A stretch of 64,000 nt of DNA from a virus, in IMG/VR virus record IMGVR_UViG_3300026097_001223, positions 118,330 through 182,329 of that record; one strand, 5' to 3'. Made by a program: the position numbers and the translations under genes. This document shows, in pieces, positions 25,508 through 35,759 of the stretch (within the stretch, counting starts at the first letter, position 1; the number at the start of each line of letters is the position of its first letter). The notes under the pieces were generated by a model. The model had not been told where the DNA came from. It did not search any database and worked only from the letters and a program-made list of their open reading frames with translations.

Positions 25508-25813
25508 ATGAGTGAACGCACATACACTGTAGCAGGTACAGCACGTCAAAATGGCATTGTAAAAACACGCTTTGCTAACGACTTTTACAATAGGATTAAA
25601 ATCCTAAACAAAGCTGGGTGCAAAGATATCAAGCTAGTAGAACTGCCAGAACCAATGAGCAAACTACAGGCTTTGCAGTATATCAAGAATCTGCCTGACT
25701 TCCAGGATTCAGACAGTGCCATGGCTATTGACATCAAACTGGATGAAAAAATTGCCATTGCCAAGAAAAATGCTTACAAACAGGTTTCTAGTAAAGTGGC
25801 AGCGTTGGCATAA
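25508..25813 (+). CDS. phage hypothetical protein
   Basis: GAGG RBS; VAGTARQNG..KTRFAND..R.K.L.K.G..DIKLVELPEPM.K. Confidence 0.7.
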   Translation: MSERTYTVAGTARQNGIVKTRFANDFYNRIKILNKAGCKDIKLVELPEPMSKLQALQYIKNLPDFQDSDSAMAIDIKLDEKIAIAKKNAYKQVSSKVAALA

Positions 25814-25815
25814 GT

Positions 25816-26064
25816 ATGGACATGGACGAAGAAACAGAAGACGAAGGCATACATAATACCATACTTGATGTGTTAAGTGTATTGCTGGTGCACGGCTATG
25901 ATCAAGTGAACATTGGTGGCTTGATGCGCATTCTCGGTGTCGAGCCAGAAATAGCCGAACCTTATGATTCTGTTGATGTGCCTATCTTAGATGGGTTAGA
26001 AAACACGGAACAGCTGATTATGACAGCAGTTTCGCAAGACACAGGCAATACAACAATACACTAA
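25816..26064 (+). CDS. acidic hypothetical protein
   Basis: ORF tightly packed between neighbours. Confidence 0.6.
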   Translation: MDMDEETEDEGIHNTILDVLSVLLVHGYDQVNIGGLMRILGVEPEIAEPYDSVDVPILDGLENTEQLIMTAVSQDTGNTTIH

Positions 26065-26345
26065 TGCAATCTTTTTTATCTGTGTGGACGGAAGGCTATC
26101 GCACCGATCGATTGGCTTTCTACCTTGAATTTATCAGTTTTGTTTTCACTGTAGTAGCCAGTTTAACTCTTGCAATAAATGCAAATGCACCCAATATGAT
26201 GGTTGTGTATCCTGCTTTCTTTGTTGGAGCAGTGACACAGTGTGTTGCAAGTTATCGACGCGGCGCAGCCTGGGTAATGCTGTTGACTTTTTATTTTAGT
26301 ATAATAAACACGTTTGGCTTTGGAAGAGCCATCGGATGGTGGTAG
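26064..26345 (+). CDS. hypothetical membrane protein
   Basis: About 3 TM helices. Confidence 0.65.
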   Translation: MQSFLSVWTEGYRTDRLAFYLEFISFVFTVVASLTLAINANAPNMMVVYPAFFVGAVTQCVASYRRGAAWVMLLTFYFSIINTFGFGRAIGWW

Positions 26346-26346
26346 C

Positions 26347-27435
26347 ATGAGCAATTACCCAACAGTAAACAGTCACAATAGCTGGAGTCGGTTGGAAGAA
26401 GTGATGCTGGGCGATGTGTATCCAGACTCTTGGTACAGTCACTTGCCAGACGAAATCGAAGACACGTTCTGTCGACTCAGTGAGATAACTCGTGCAGATC
26501 TCGCAATAATTGAAAACAAATTGCAAGAATTTGGTGTTCAAGTGCGTAGGCCAAACTATGAAAAAATTGAGAATCATCTTGCGCCAGACACTGAAACTCT
26601 TAAAAAGCCTGACATTACGCCCAGAGACTACTGCGTGGTAATCGGCAATCAGTTAGTAATTGGTAACCCTAGAACGTTCGAAATACCGGAATCGCCGTGG
26701 CATTACCTTTATCAAGAATACGGCCTCAGTTGTGTTAACAGTCATGACTTGGAACGCAGCGTAAGCGGCAAAGAAATGATCAACTGGCACCGCGGGTTTA
26801 ACGGAGCCAATGTTGTTAGATACGGAGACACTATTCTCTGGGATAATCCTTCGTTGCCCGATGATAAAAAAGCACAAGCAACGACGGATCTACAAACATT
26901 GTTTCCTGACTACAAGTTCCACATTGTGGACAATGGCGGCCATATAGATGGCTGTTTTCACACTGTGCGCCCGGGACTGCTATTAACTTCTCACTATTTC
27001 GACGATTACGAAACATATTTTCCAGGTTGGGAGTGCATTGCAATTCACGGCGAGCCAGAATTTGCTCGACACAACAACAACGGGAAAATAGACACTAGGC
27101 AAGTATATGGAAATGGACGCTGGTGGCTTAAAGGTGTTGACATGCCAATGTCCTTTAATAAACACATTGTGCAGTTTGCGCATGACTGGGTAGGTGAACC
27201 ACAAGAAACATACTTTGAAGTAAATGCATTGGTTGTTGATGAGAAAAATATTCTTATTTTAGGTGAAAACGATGCAGTATTTAGACGCTTTGAAGAATTA
27301 GGAATCACTGCACACAGTGTGCCATTTAGAGCAAGAACATTTTGGGATGGCGGACTTCACTGTCTGACAGTGGATGTGCGCAGACAAAGCAAGATAGAAA
27401 ACGTTTTTGAGATTGACACAAGCCAGTATCTCTAG
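26347..27435 (+). CDS. amidinotransferase (glycine/inosamine-phosphate amidinotransferase family)
   Basis: VNSHNSWSRLEEVMLG, TPRD, GGHIDG, FWDGGLHCLT.D..R (Asp/His/Cys triad). Confidence 0.85.
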   Translation: MSNYPTVNSHNSWSRLEEVMLGDVYPDSWYSHLPDEIEDTFCRLSEITRADLAIIENKLQEFGVQVRRPNYEKIENHLAPDTETLKKPDITPRDYCVVIGNQLVIGNPRTFEIPESPWHYLYQEYGLSCVNSHDLERSVSGKEMINWHRGFNGANVVRYGDTILWDNPSLPDDKKAQATTDLQTLFPDYKFHIVDNGGHIDGCFHTVRPGLLLTSHYFDDYETYFPGWECIAIHGEPEFARHNNNGKIDTRQVYGNGRWWLKGVDMPMSFNKHIVQFAHDWVGEPQETYFEVNALVVDEKNILILGENDAVFRRFEELGITAHSVPFRARTFWDGGLHCLTVDVRRQSKIENVFEIDTSQYL

Positions 27436-27460
27436 TAGTATTAAAGCTTGGGGGTAACCA

Positions 27461-27829
27461 ATGAACAATATAGATCTAAGCAACATGACATTCGATCTTG
27501 ATCACAGTGATTTTGCTACGGTGACTGTTCCTGACGACACTATTGATCTTGGCATGTTTGATGCCGACAGCTTAACAATCAGTCTCAGCGACGATTGGCT
27601 ATCTTCAAGCAATGTGCAAAGACTAACTGGCCCGGACGCTGATTTAGAAATCAATGGCAAGAGTGTGTTACAAACTCTTGAACGACTGGAGCAAAGACTG
27701 GCAATCATTGAAGAAAATCCAGAGCTAGAAGATGACTGGCAGGAATTAAAGTCTCTAGGCGATCAGTATCGTGCTCTTGAAGCAGAAATCAACAACAAAC
27801 TCAAAACTTACAATACCTTAAAGGACTAG
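27461..27829 (+). CDS. phage hypothetical protein
   Basis: LEINGKSV...LERLEQRLAI...PELE..W.ELK.LGDQYR.LE. Confidence 0.7.
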   Translation: MNNIDLSNMTFDLDHSDFATVTVPDDTIDLGMFDADSLTISLSDDWLSSSNVQRLTGPDADLEINGKSVLQTLERLEQRLAIIEENPELEDDWQELKSLGDQYRALEAEINNKLKTYNTLKD

Positions 27830-27832
27830 TGT

Positions 27833-28273
27833 ATGACCATGCATCTAGCACAGGGATTAAGTACCCTGCAAACACGCAAGCCAACTGCGCCGAAGCTTAC
27901 AAAAACCAAGCGCAAAAAACTACAAGAAGAGTTACGACTGTACAATAAAAAAATGAAGCAGCAAGGACGCCACAGCGAACAGTTAGATTTTGACAGCTAT
28001 GTTCAGAAACTGCATGGTAAATTAGACACTGTAGCACGAGCAGATCGGCAAATGGCCACAGAAGTAAAAACATTTGAGTACAAACTACCAGATACCAGCC
28101 GCAATCGCCAATACAAAAGTCATGACAGTGGCAAGGGATTTGCGGCCATGCCGCAGCGCAAGGAGTACACAGGTACACTGGTCAAAGGAATTGCTACAAT
28201 GCACAAATCAAACGCAGTGCCTGTTATCTCAGACGAAGAAGCAGAAAGCATATCTAAAATGCGTAGAAACTAA
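27833..28273 (+). CDS. basic phage hypothetical protein
   Basis: C-terminal YTG...KGIATMHKSNAVPV.S.EEA..IS.MRR motif seen in T4-like marine phages (from recall). Confidence 0.7.
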   Translation: MTMHLAQGLSTLQTRKPTAPKLTKTKRKKLQEELRLYNKKMKQQGRHSEQLDFDSYVQKLHGKLDTVARADRQMATEVKTFEYKLPDTSRNRQYKSHDSGKGFAAMPQRKEYTGTLVKGIATMHKSNAVPVISDEEAESISKMRRN

Positions 28274-28284
28274 ACAGGAATACA

Positions 28285-28902
28285 ATGCTTTTACAAGAAT
28301 ATTTGCTACGGCAAGCACTCAAAGAATACGATATTGTTGATGCTGAGATACAGATAGATCACAAAAATGGTAAAAATACCGTGAACTCTATTGAACTAGG
28401 TATCAAATATCCACAGGAATACTTGGAAAAAATTTCAACTCTTAATCAAGATAAACTGTATGATTATGGATTTGTGGGTTCCTTAACGGACGGAAAAGGT
28501 AGAAAAGAAATACTAGAAAAATATCATATCTTGAACAGTAAAATCAGTCATTCTAGCAATGGTAGAAATCCCAAAGTAAAATATGGATTTGACACTGAAT
28601 ACTATCAAACAATGGTTAATTCTAAATTCAGTCTTTGCCCAGGGCATCCTGCAATGCCAAAGCATCCTAATCGCTGGACATATAGATTTATTGAAAGTGC
28701 TTTTTGTAGATCAATACCAGTAAATTTCAAAGAAACTGTGTACGGGGATAACTTTGTTAAAGATATATTTTTTGTATGGGATGATGATGTTCCTTGCGAG
28801 ATCAAAGATTACAACGCTATAGTAGAGCAAAATTATATCACAGCGGTTACACGTTGGACTTTACAACCTAGTGAAGCAGAATTAATCAAAAAGAATAGTT
28901 AA
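28285..28902 (+). CDS. exostosin/GT47-like glycosyltransferase C-terminal domain protein
   Basis: YGFVGS, MVNSKFSLCPG, TYRFIESAFC.SIPV. Confidence 0.5.
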   Translation: MLLQEYLLRQALKEYDIVDAEIQIDHKNGKNTVNSIELGIKYPQEYLEKISTLNQDKLYDYGFVGSLTDGKGRKEILEKYHILNSKISHSSNGRNPKVKYGFDTEYYQTMVNSKFSLCPGHPAMPKHPNRWTYRFIESAFCRSIPVNFKETVYGDNFVKDIFFVWDDDVPCEIKDYNAIVEQNYITAVTRWTLQPSEAELIKKNS

Positions 28903-29497
28903 AATAATTTATGGTGTTTTTGTATACTTTTTCGACTTTTTCTTTTGTACTGTTTGAATATAAATTTCTATAATCTTTTTCTGTGCGAAAGCCGGTCTTG
29001 AGTTTTGTAGTTTTAAGTTCATTGTTATATGATAACCCTATTCTGGATAACACGAATTCAAAATCTGTTTCTAGTTGATTGTATTGCATAACATAATTGA
29101 CTAGAGGAACATTATTTTCTGTATACAGTCTCCATCCCCCCATATGAGAAATTTTTTTATCATTTAATACAAAATTTTCAAAACCTTTTTCTGTTCGTTT
29201 AGGGTCACGACTCATAGCCCAATAATACTGGCTTACTACTTTATCCCAAGGATTTCGTTCGACTGTAAATTTAAAAAAATTATTATATTCTATCGGAAAG
29301 TGTTGTTTTACAAATAAGATACTATGATGTTCAATATTTTTATGAGTATTCACTGGGGGCATATTTTCCGTGCCCATTCCGCCAAATACTAAATTATCAT
29401 CATCGGATATCTTATCTAACAATATTTTTTCAATACTAGATCCTGCTGTTTTTTGTGTTTTTATAAAAATAAACTTGTATTTTGGCGAAATAATCAT
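28886..29497 (-). CDS. sulfotransferase (Sulfotransfer_2-like)
   Basis: FIFIKTQKTAGSSI, FTVERNPWDKVVSQY, YR.LYS; convergent with the upstream gene; AT-rich. Confidence 0.8.
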   Translation of the reverse strand: MIISPKYKFIFIKTQKTAGSSIEKILLDKISDDDNLVFGGMGTENMPPVNTHKNIEHHSILFVKQHFPIEYNNFFKFTVERNPWDKVVSQYYWAMSRDPKRTEKGFENFVLNDKKISHMGGWRLYTENNVPLVNYVMQYNQLETDFEFVLSRIGLSYNNELKTTKLKTGFRTEKDYRNLYSNSTKEKVEKVYKNTINYFNYSF

Positions 29498-29574
29498 TAA
29501 ACTTATTTATTATATTACAAGGACTAGTAGCATTAAGCCTAGATAAATATCTACAAGGAAAAAGTTAAATTACT

Positions 29575-29901
29575 ATGATTAATATAACAGAACCAGCTCA
29601 GGCCAAACTGCGTGAACTCCTAGACAGCCAAGACGAAGAAAATCTACGTTTTCGAGTGTTTGTCCAAGGCGGAGGTTGCTCGGGATTTCGTTATGGATTT
29701 ACCTTTGACGATCAAATCATTGATGGTCAAGATTGGACCTTTGATGCAGGTGATGTCCCTTGTGTTGTAGACCAACTCAGCTACAGCTACCTATCAGAAG
29801 CCGTGGTTGACTTTGAAGACTCGCCTTTTAACAGCTCTTTTATTGTTAAGAATCCCAAGGCCGTGAGCACCTGTGGGTGTGGCGAAAGCTTTGCAGTGTG
29901 A
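29575..29901 (+). CDS. A-type Fe-S cluster carrier (ErpA/IscA/HesB family)
   Basis: INITEPA, GGGCSGFRYG, NP.A.STCGCGESF. Confidence 0.93.
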   Translation: MINITEPAQAKLRELLDSQDEENLRFRVFVQGGGCSGFRYGFTFDDQIIDGQDWTFDAGDVPCVVDQLSYSYLSEAVVDFEDSPFNSSFIVKNPKAVSTCGCGESFAV

Positions 29902-29938
29902 TGCTTCGGTAGACTAAATAGTTTACTGAGGTATTATA

Positions 29939-31876
29939 ATGAGTCGTGAAATTATTAACGTTGGCAACACAGCCAACGATGGTGCTGGTGATCCGCTACG
30001 CACTGCAATGATCAAAACCAACAACAACTTTAGTGAAATCTATGACACTGGGTTGATCACCAGTAATCTTTCAATTTCTAACACCACTGTTACTGTAACA
30101 AGTGCCAATGCTAATCTGGTACTAAGTGCCAATGGCACCGGTGTGTTACAAAGTACATCAAACATCCTGCCCAGTGGCAATATTATACTGGACATTGGAT
30201 CTAATTCTAACAGATTTGCTGCAGTGTATGCTAACAGTATTGATATCAGCGGCACTGCTGATGTTGTAGGTAATCTAAGTGCAGGCAATTTAGAAACTCC
30301 AGGTAATCTAACCGCAGGTGCAATAACTGTTTCTGGTAACGTGTCATTTGCTAACACCTCAGTGCAAAACATTACTGTTACAGAAACCACTACAACAAAT
30401 AATATCAGCGTTACAAACACTGTGACAGCAGACACTGTTACAGCATCGGGCAACATCACAGCAGAAAATATCAGTGCTAATGTATTCCTTGAAGCAGCCA
30501 CAGTGGATGCAACAGGCAACATCGAAGGCGCTAATTTCGTAACCAGTGGTAATGTAGAAGTTACTGGAAATGTCAACACGAATAATTTAATTGCAACCAA
30601 TGATGTCGAAGTAGGCGGCAATTTGCTATTGTCAGGCCTGTCGGGCTTTACAGTATTTGGCGACATCAGCAGTGGTACCGGTAATATACAAGCAGATACA
30701 GGTAACATCATTGGTAACATAGACAGTGTTACAGCAACAATTGCAACTATAAATGCAAACACTGTAACTGCTGCCGATAGCATTCAAAGCGATGGCTCAT
30801 TGGAAGCAGTTGGTAATCTAACCATCGGCGACGCCAGTACCATAACAGAAAACACAATCTATGGTAATCTCACAGTCACAGATATATTAACAGTAGATGG
30901 TCAAATAATTGGCAATGTTACCATAAGTGGCAACGCAGATTTAGACATTGTTACAGCAAACAGTTTTCAAGGACCGTTGTCCGGCAATGTAAACGGCAAT
31001 CTCACAGGCACTGCTAGTCAAGCCTTTGGTGTCTATGTACTAGAAACATCTGATCCAAATGCAACTTACAACATCCCGTTTATGGCATTAACTGGCGCTG
31101 GCAACATATTTACAGGACTACAAGTAGACAATGGTGGTCTTACATTTAATCCTGACACAAACACACTAAGTATTGCCACCGGTACTAACGGTATTGTTAA
31201 CACCGTAACAGTGGTTGCCAGCGGAAACATAAGTGCAGGGAATACCAGTACTTCGGGCACTGCGTCAGTAACAGGTAATATCACCGGCGGAAACATCAAC
31301 ACAGGCGGAACTGTTAATGCAACAGGTCAAGTCACAGCCGGTAATGTACAGGCTACTAACACAGTGTTTGCTGCGGCAGCTACAATCACAGGCAATATAA
31401 GTGGTGGCAATATTTCAACTGCCGGCACAGTAGGTGCAGCTGGAAACATTTCCGGCGGTAATATCTTTACAGGTGGAATTGTTACAGCCACTGGCAACAT
31501 ATCTGGCGGCAATCTAGTAACTGCTGGCGATATTGTAACAAGTAGTGGTAATGTAGATGTCACCGGCAATGTAAATGCAGGCAATGTAGATGTCACTGGC
31601 AACGTAGATGTTGGTGGCGATTTAAATTTTGGACTCGGTGCATCCTTAAATCTACCACTGGGCAACATAACAGGTGGCAATTTAATAGCAGTTAACAGAT
31701 CAACTGCTAACACCGTACAGGTACAAGGTTCCGCACCTGCAAGCAGTGTAGGTGCTGCAGGCGATCAACAAGGTGACATAGCTGTGGATACCAATTATAT
31801 CTATGTGTGCACTGCAAATTATGATGGTATTGCCAACATTTGGAAACGTTCTGCCCTAGACGGAACTCCGTTCTAA
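29939..31876 (+). CDS. tail fibre/baseplate appendage protein with gp9/gp10-like N-terminus and GNISGGN repeats
   Basis: N-terminal INVGNTANDGAGDPLRTAMIKTNNNFSEIY; 18-aa repeats (TGNITGGNINTGGTVNA...); C-terminal G..GD..GDIAVDTNYIYVCTANYDG...WKR. Confidence 0.75.
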   Translation: MSREIINVGNTANDGAGDPLRTAMIKTNNNFSEIYDTGLITSNLSISNTTVTVTSANANLVLSANGTGVLQSTSNILPSGNIILDIGSNSNRFAAVYANSIDISGTADVVGNLSAGNLETPGNLTAGAITVSGNVSFANTSVQNITVTETTTTNNISVTNTVTADTVTASGNITAENISANVFLEAATVDATGNIEGANFVTSGNVEVTGNVNTNNLIATNDVEVGGNLLLSGLSGFTVFGDISSGTGNIQADTGNIIGNIDSVTATIATINANTVTAADSIQSDGSLEAVGNLTIGDASTITENTIYGNLTVTDILTVDGQIIGNVTISGNADLDIVTANSFQGPLSGNVNGNLTGTASQAFGVYVLETSDPNATYNIPFMALTGAGNIFTGLQVDNGGLTFNPDTNTLSIATGTNGIVNTVTVVASGNISAGNTSTSGTASVTGNITGGNINTGGTVNATGQVTAGNVQATNTVFAAAATITGNISGGNISTAGTVGAAGNISGGNIFTGGIVTATGNISGGNLVTAGDIVTSSGNVDVTGNVNAGNVDVTGNVDVGGDLNFGLGASLNLPLGNITGGNLIAVNRSTANTVQVQGSAPASSVGAAGDQQGDIAVDTNYIYVCTANYDGIANIWKRSALDGTPF

Positions 31877-31918
31877 CACTCAGTCTTGCCATAAATATCT
31901 ATAACAAAGAGGTCATTT

Positions 31919-32179
31919 ATGGCAAGGCAAATCATCAACATCGGAACATCAGCAAACGACGGAACAGGCGATCCGTTGAGAACCTGTTTCGATAAAACCA
32001 ACGACAACTTTCAAGAACTATACATTCGCTATCAGCCAACTGTGCCTGATACTAGCAAAGGCAACACAGGTGATGTAGCGGGCATGTATGCGGCTGATGC
32101 AACACATTTTTACTATTGCACTGACAACTACGACGGTGTTACTGATATCTGGTACAGAGTAGCAGGAAGCACATTTTAA
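31919..32179 (+). CDS. 86-aa miniature paralogue of 29939-31876 (N- and C-terminal modules only)
   Basis: INIGTSANDGTGDPLRTCFDKTNDNFQELY and GNTGDVAG..A.D..HFYYCT.NYDG...W.R. Confidence 0.75.
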   Translation: MARQIINIGTSANDGTGDPLRTCFDKTNDNFQELYIRYQPTVPDTSKGNTGDVAGMYAADATHFYYCTDNYDGVTDIWYRVAGSTF

Positions 32180-35100
32180 TGTCATCATATGACTATGAAA
32201 ATCCGCCCGAAGGACAGCCAGTCTGGATCACAGAATCTGGAAGCCTTGGCAAAATTCAAGAAGGTATCTTTTATCAATTGCCTTTGCTGGCGTTTCTGCC
32301 CAGCGACCCTGACAACAAAGATGTTCTCTATTATGAAATGATTGCAGGTGAACTGCCGGAAGGTATTCAATGTAGGCTCAATGGATTGATTGAAGGCACG
32401 CCCAAGGCAGTGAGTAGTTTACAGGGTGTCGCTGCAGATGTCGACGAAGACACTGTGAGCGAATTTTGTGTGCGAGTGTATACCGAAAGGCTGTTGCCCG
32501 ATGGCACAGAGGTTCCTTATAGAGTTGCTGATAGAACATTCAGTCTCACAGTTACTGGACAGGATCAACCGGAGTGGATAACTCCTCCTGGGCAGATAGC
32601 ACAAACACTAGACGGCGAACTGTTTGAGTTCCAAATGGAATACCAAGATCGAGATCCAGGCGATACTCCAACAGTAACATTCGAAGGCGGTGACCTGCCG
32701 CCGCAGTTGTCTGTGAGTGAAACAGGATTAATATCTGGATTTCTTGAACCAGTTACCAGCCTCAACGAAGGTGCAGTAGCAGGCTATGACGGCAACGACG
32801 GCAAAGACGCATACCCGTTTGACTTTACCACAAGAAGCATAAGCAAAAACTACGAATTTACCTTGGGCATCAGCGACGGCAAGGACACTATACTGCGGGA
32901 TTTCAGCATTTTTGTTTACAGCACAGACAGCTTAGCCGGCGACAACAACGAAATCACGGGCGACAACAGTTTTATCCGCGGTGACACAAGCACAGTGAGA
33001 ACTCCGCTGTTGCTGAACACTGAAACTGATCTTGGCACTTATCGACACGACAATTTCTTTGCTTTTAAATTTAACGGCATTGATCTAGACGGCGATGCTA
33101 TAGAATATGTGCTCAGTTTAGGAAGTGGTGTAGGCTATGATGCCACGCCATTTACCGGAGTCAGAGTTGATCTAGAATGCACAGGCACTGCAGGTAACGA
33201 TACTTTAGAAATAACCAGTCTAGTAGACAGCAGTTTGCCAGACAGTGTGGATGAATTGCGTATTGGAATGACTCCTAGGGTATTGGGTGTTCCAGCAGAT
33301 GCTAGAATTATAAGTGTATCCGGAGATACAATTACACTGGATAAAAATCTCAATCTTGATGTAGATGGATTTGTTGTATTCCTTTACAGCCCAGGCGCCG
33401 GAGTAGACATCGAAGGCGGATTTGACCGAGATGGCAGCCAATTCGACCGATCAGGTCTGAGTTTACCACCTGGTCTCAGTATAAACAGTGACACTGGCTG
33501 GCTGACTGGCTATCTGCCAGATCAAAGCATCACAGAAATTACCTATAGATTTGCAGTGCAGGTAAGAAAACGTGACAACCCAGTTATCAGCAGTGAATAC
33601 TATTTCTTTACAATGACTGTTATTGGCGATATTGAAACTGAAGTCACATGGCTAAGCCCGGAATTTTTAGGCAACATTGTAGCCGGCACACAGAGTCAAT
33701 TCAAGATAGAAGCAGAAACACGCAGTGGCGTAGATCTCAGCTACAGACTAAAAAGCGGCGAATATCCGCTAGGAGCAGGGCAATACAATCGCCTGCCACA
33801 AGGCCTGAGATTACTCACCAGCGGCGAAATTGTAGGAACTACCACATTTAACACTTTCAGTTTAGATAGAGGCACAACCACATTTGACAGAGAACTGGAA
33901 ACTCGCAGGGAAATTGACGAAACCACGTTTGACTTGAATTTTGAGTTCACAGTGAATGCTTTCAACAACAGCAGTATTACAGAGTTTAGAAGTTTAACTG
34001 CTATCAATGTGTCAACTGTTGGCGAAAACTATTTAACACCGCCTACCGTGAGTTTTACACCAGAGCCACAGGGCAGTAATGCTATCCCTGCAACAGCTGG
34101 TGCTGTAACACTCAGTGATGGTGTTGTTGTGGATATTTCTGTTGATTCACCTGGCACAGGATACGAATCCGGAACAACTGGTGTAACAATTGTCCGCACT
34201 GGAATTGAATCCGAAACCACAGTGGATGCAGATGCTGTTGCAGTAGTAAACGAAAGCGGAGGTGTAGCAAATATTATAATAACACAGCCCGGTGCAAACT
34301 ACGGAAACGTGCCGGGTGTAATTATCACCGGGACAGGAACAGGCGCAACAGCTACAGCAACTCTAGGCAACGGTGCTGTCACTGCTATTCAACTTGGTAA
34401 TCCAGGTGCAGGTTACACACAAAATCCAAATGTAGTAATAAACAACTTTACAGCAAATACATTAGCAACGGGCAACATAGGCGATGACTTTGTTAATTTA
34501 GTTAACCCCGACGGCACTGCTGCTACAATTGCAGGACTGGTCTCGGGCTTATCTGTCACTGGTAACGGAATTGCGTCGGGCAGTAATGTAGACACGATTT
34601 CAGGAAGCACCGTAACGCTGACTGCTAACTTAACAGCCAATGTGGACAACGTGATATCATTTACCGACAACAGTGGCGCTGGTGCAACAGCTACAGCAAA
34701 CAGCTTTGTTAGCGAAACCACCGGCGGTATCAGTGTATTCAAGACTTTTAACATACAGGTAATTAGAGAGTACACTGAACCTTACGAGAGTTTGTATATC
34801 AAAGCATTGCCCCCAAAAGAAGACAGACAAGCAATATATGAGTTTTTATCAGACAGTTCTATTTTTCAACCAGAGTTCATCTATCGCAAGGACGACCCAA
34901 ATTACGGAGTGGCAACAGATGTTGTTTATGATCATGCATACGGACTCAAGGCTGGCGCTATAAGTTCTTATGTACAAGCCATGGATTTTAATCACTATGA
35001 ACGTGACATTACACTTGGCCCGCTGAAAACCGCTCAAGCTGTTGACGAAAATGATAACGTGGTATACGAAGTTGTATACAGCGAGGTTGTAGATAATCTC

Positions 35101-35709
35101 GTAAACTCAGAAAATCAAAGCGTCAGTAAAAGCGTCGTACTACAACAGCCTGTAGAAGTCGATGGTACAGACATAACCACAGTGTATCCTAACAGTTTGT
35201 TTAACATGAGAGAACAGATAATCGATCAGATTGGCCGAGTGACCCCTGCACTGCCTCAGTGGATGACCAGCAAACAGGCAGACGGACGAATACTGGGATT
35301 TACAAGAGCATGGGTAATAGCGTATACTGTATCGGGTAAAAGTGGCAGAGTAAAATATGACATTGAGCAAGCATATCCAGAAGGGTTTAACTTTGTTGAC
35401 TTTGAAATTGATCGATATGATATTAACAAACGATTAACCAATAATTGGAATCCCACAGTTGACATTCCTGGCGATACTGTAGACAGTACAGAACCCACTG
35501 TAGATAGTATACGAATAACCACAGACCTGGCGCCTCGAACAGGTAATTGGCAACCCAGCACCGGTATGACTACATTCGACAGAAACAGTGGCGACGAAAC
35601 AGTGTTTGACAGTGGAGCAATGAGATTTGTATCGCCTGTGGATCAATACAATGCCAGCGATGAATTCGACAAGTACGTGATTTATCCTAAGGTTACTATT
35701 TTACAATAG
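32179..35709 (+). CDS. large baseplate wedge-like structural protein with Ig-like domains
   Basis: P.WIT..G.LG and LP.G...G.I.G Ig-like repeats; recurrent TTFD motifs; G.GY..AP.V..T..G.GA.A.A tract; C-terminal SLFNMREQI...LPQWMTSKQ.DG..LGF..AW. Confidence 0.7.
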   Translation: MSSYDYENPPEGQPVWITESGSLGKIQEGIFYQLPLLAFLPSDPDNKDVLYYEMIAGELPEGIQCRLNGLIEGTPKAVSSLQGVAADVDEDTVSEFCVRVYTERLLPDGTEVPYRVADRTFSLTVTGQDQPEWITPPGQIAQTLDGELFEFQMEYQDRDPGDTPTVTFEGGDLPPQLSVSETGLISGFLEPVTSLNEGAVAGYDGNDGKDAYPFDFTTRSISKNYEFTLGISDGKDTILRDFSIFVYSTDSLAGDNNEITGDNSFIRGDTSTVRTPLLLNTETDLGTYRHDNFFAFKFNGIDLDGDAIEYVLSLGSGVGYDATPFTGVRVDLECTGTAGNDTLEITSLVDSSLPDSVDELRIGMTPRVLGVPADARIISVSGDTITLDKNLNLDVDGFVVFLYSPGAGVDIEGGFDRDGSQFDRSGLSLPPGLSINSDTGWLTGYLPDQSITEITYRFAVQVRKRDNPVISSEYYFFTMTVIGDIETEVTWLSPEFLGNIVAGTQSQFKIEAETRSGVDLSYRLKSGEYPLGAGQYNRLPQGLRLLTSGEIVGTTTFNTFSLDRGTTTFDRELETRREIDETTFDLNFEFTVNAFNNSSITEFRSLTAINVSTVGENYLTPPTVSFTPEPQGSNAIPATAGAVTLSDGVVVDISVDSPGTGYESGTTGVTIVRTGIESETTVDADAVAVVNESGGVANIIITQPGANYGNVPGVIITGTGTGATATATLGNGAVTAIQLGNPGAGYTQNPNVVINNFTANTLATGNIGDDFVNLVNPDGTAATIAGLVSGLSVTGNGIASGSNVDTISGSTVTLTANLTANVDNVISFTDNSGAGATATANSFVSETTGGISVFKTFNIQVIREYTEPYESLYIKALPPKEDRQAIYEFLSDSSIFQPEFIYRKDDPNYGVATDVVYDHAYGLKAGAISSYVQAMDFNHYERDITLGPLKTAQAVDENDNVVYEVVYSEVVDNLVNSENQSVSKSVVLQQPVEVDGTDITTVYPNSLFNMREQIIDQIGRVTPALPQWMTSKQADGRILGFTRAWVIAYTVSGKSGRVKYDIEQAYPEGFNFVDFEIDRYDINKRLTNNWNPTVDIPGDTVDSTEPTVDSIRITTDLAPRTGNWQPSTGMTTFDRNSGDETVFDSGAMRFVSPVDQYNASDEFDKYVIYPKVTILQ

Positions 35710-35759
35710 TGAAAAAAGCAGATAAATAAATCTATACAGATTAGAAAGGATGACAATTT

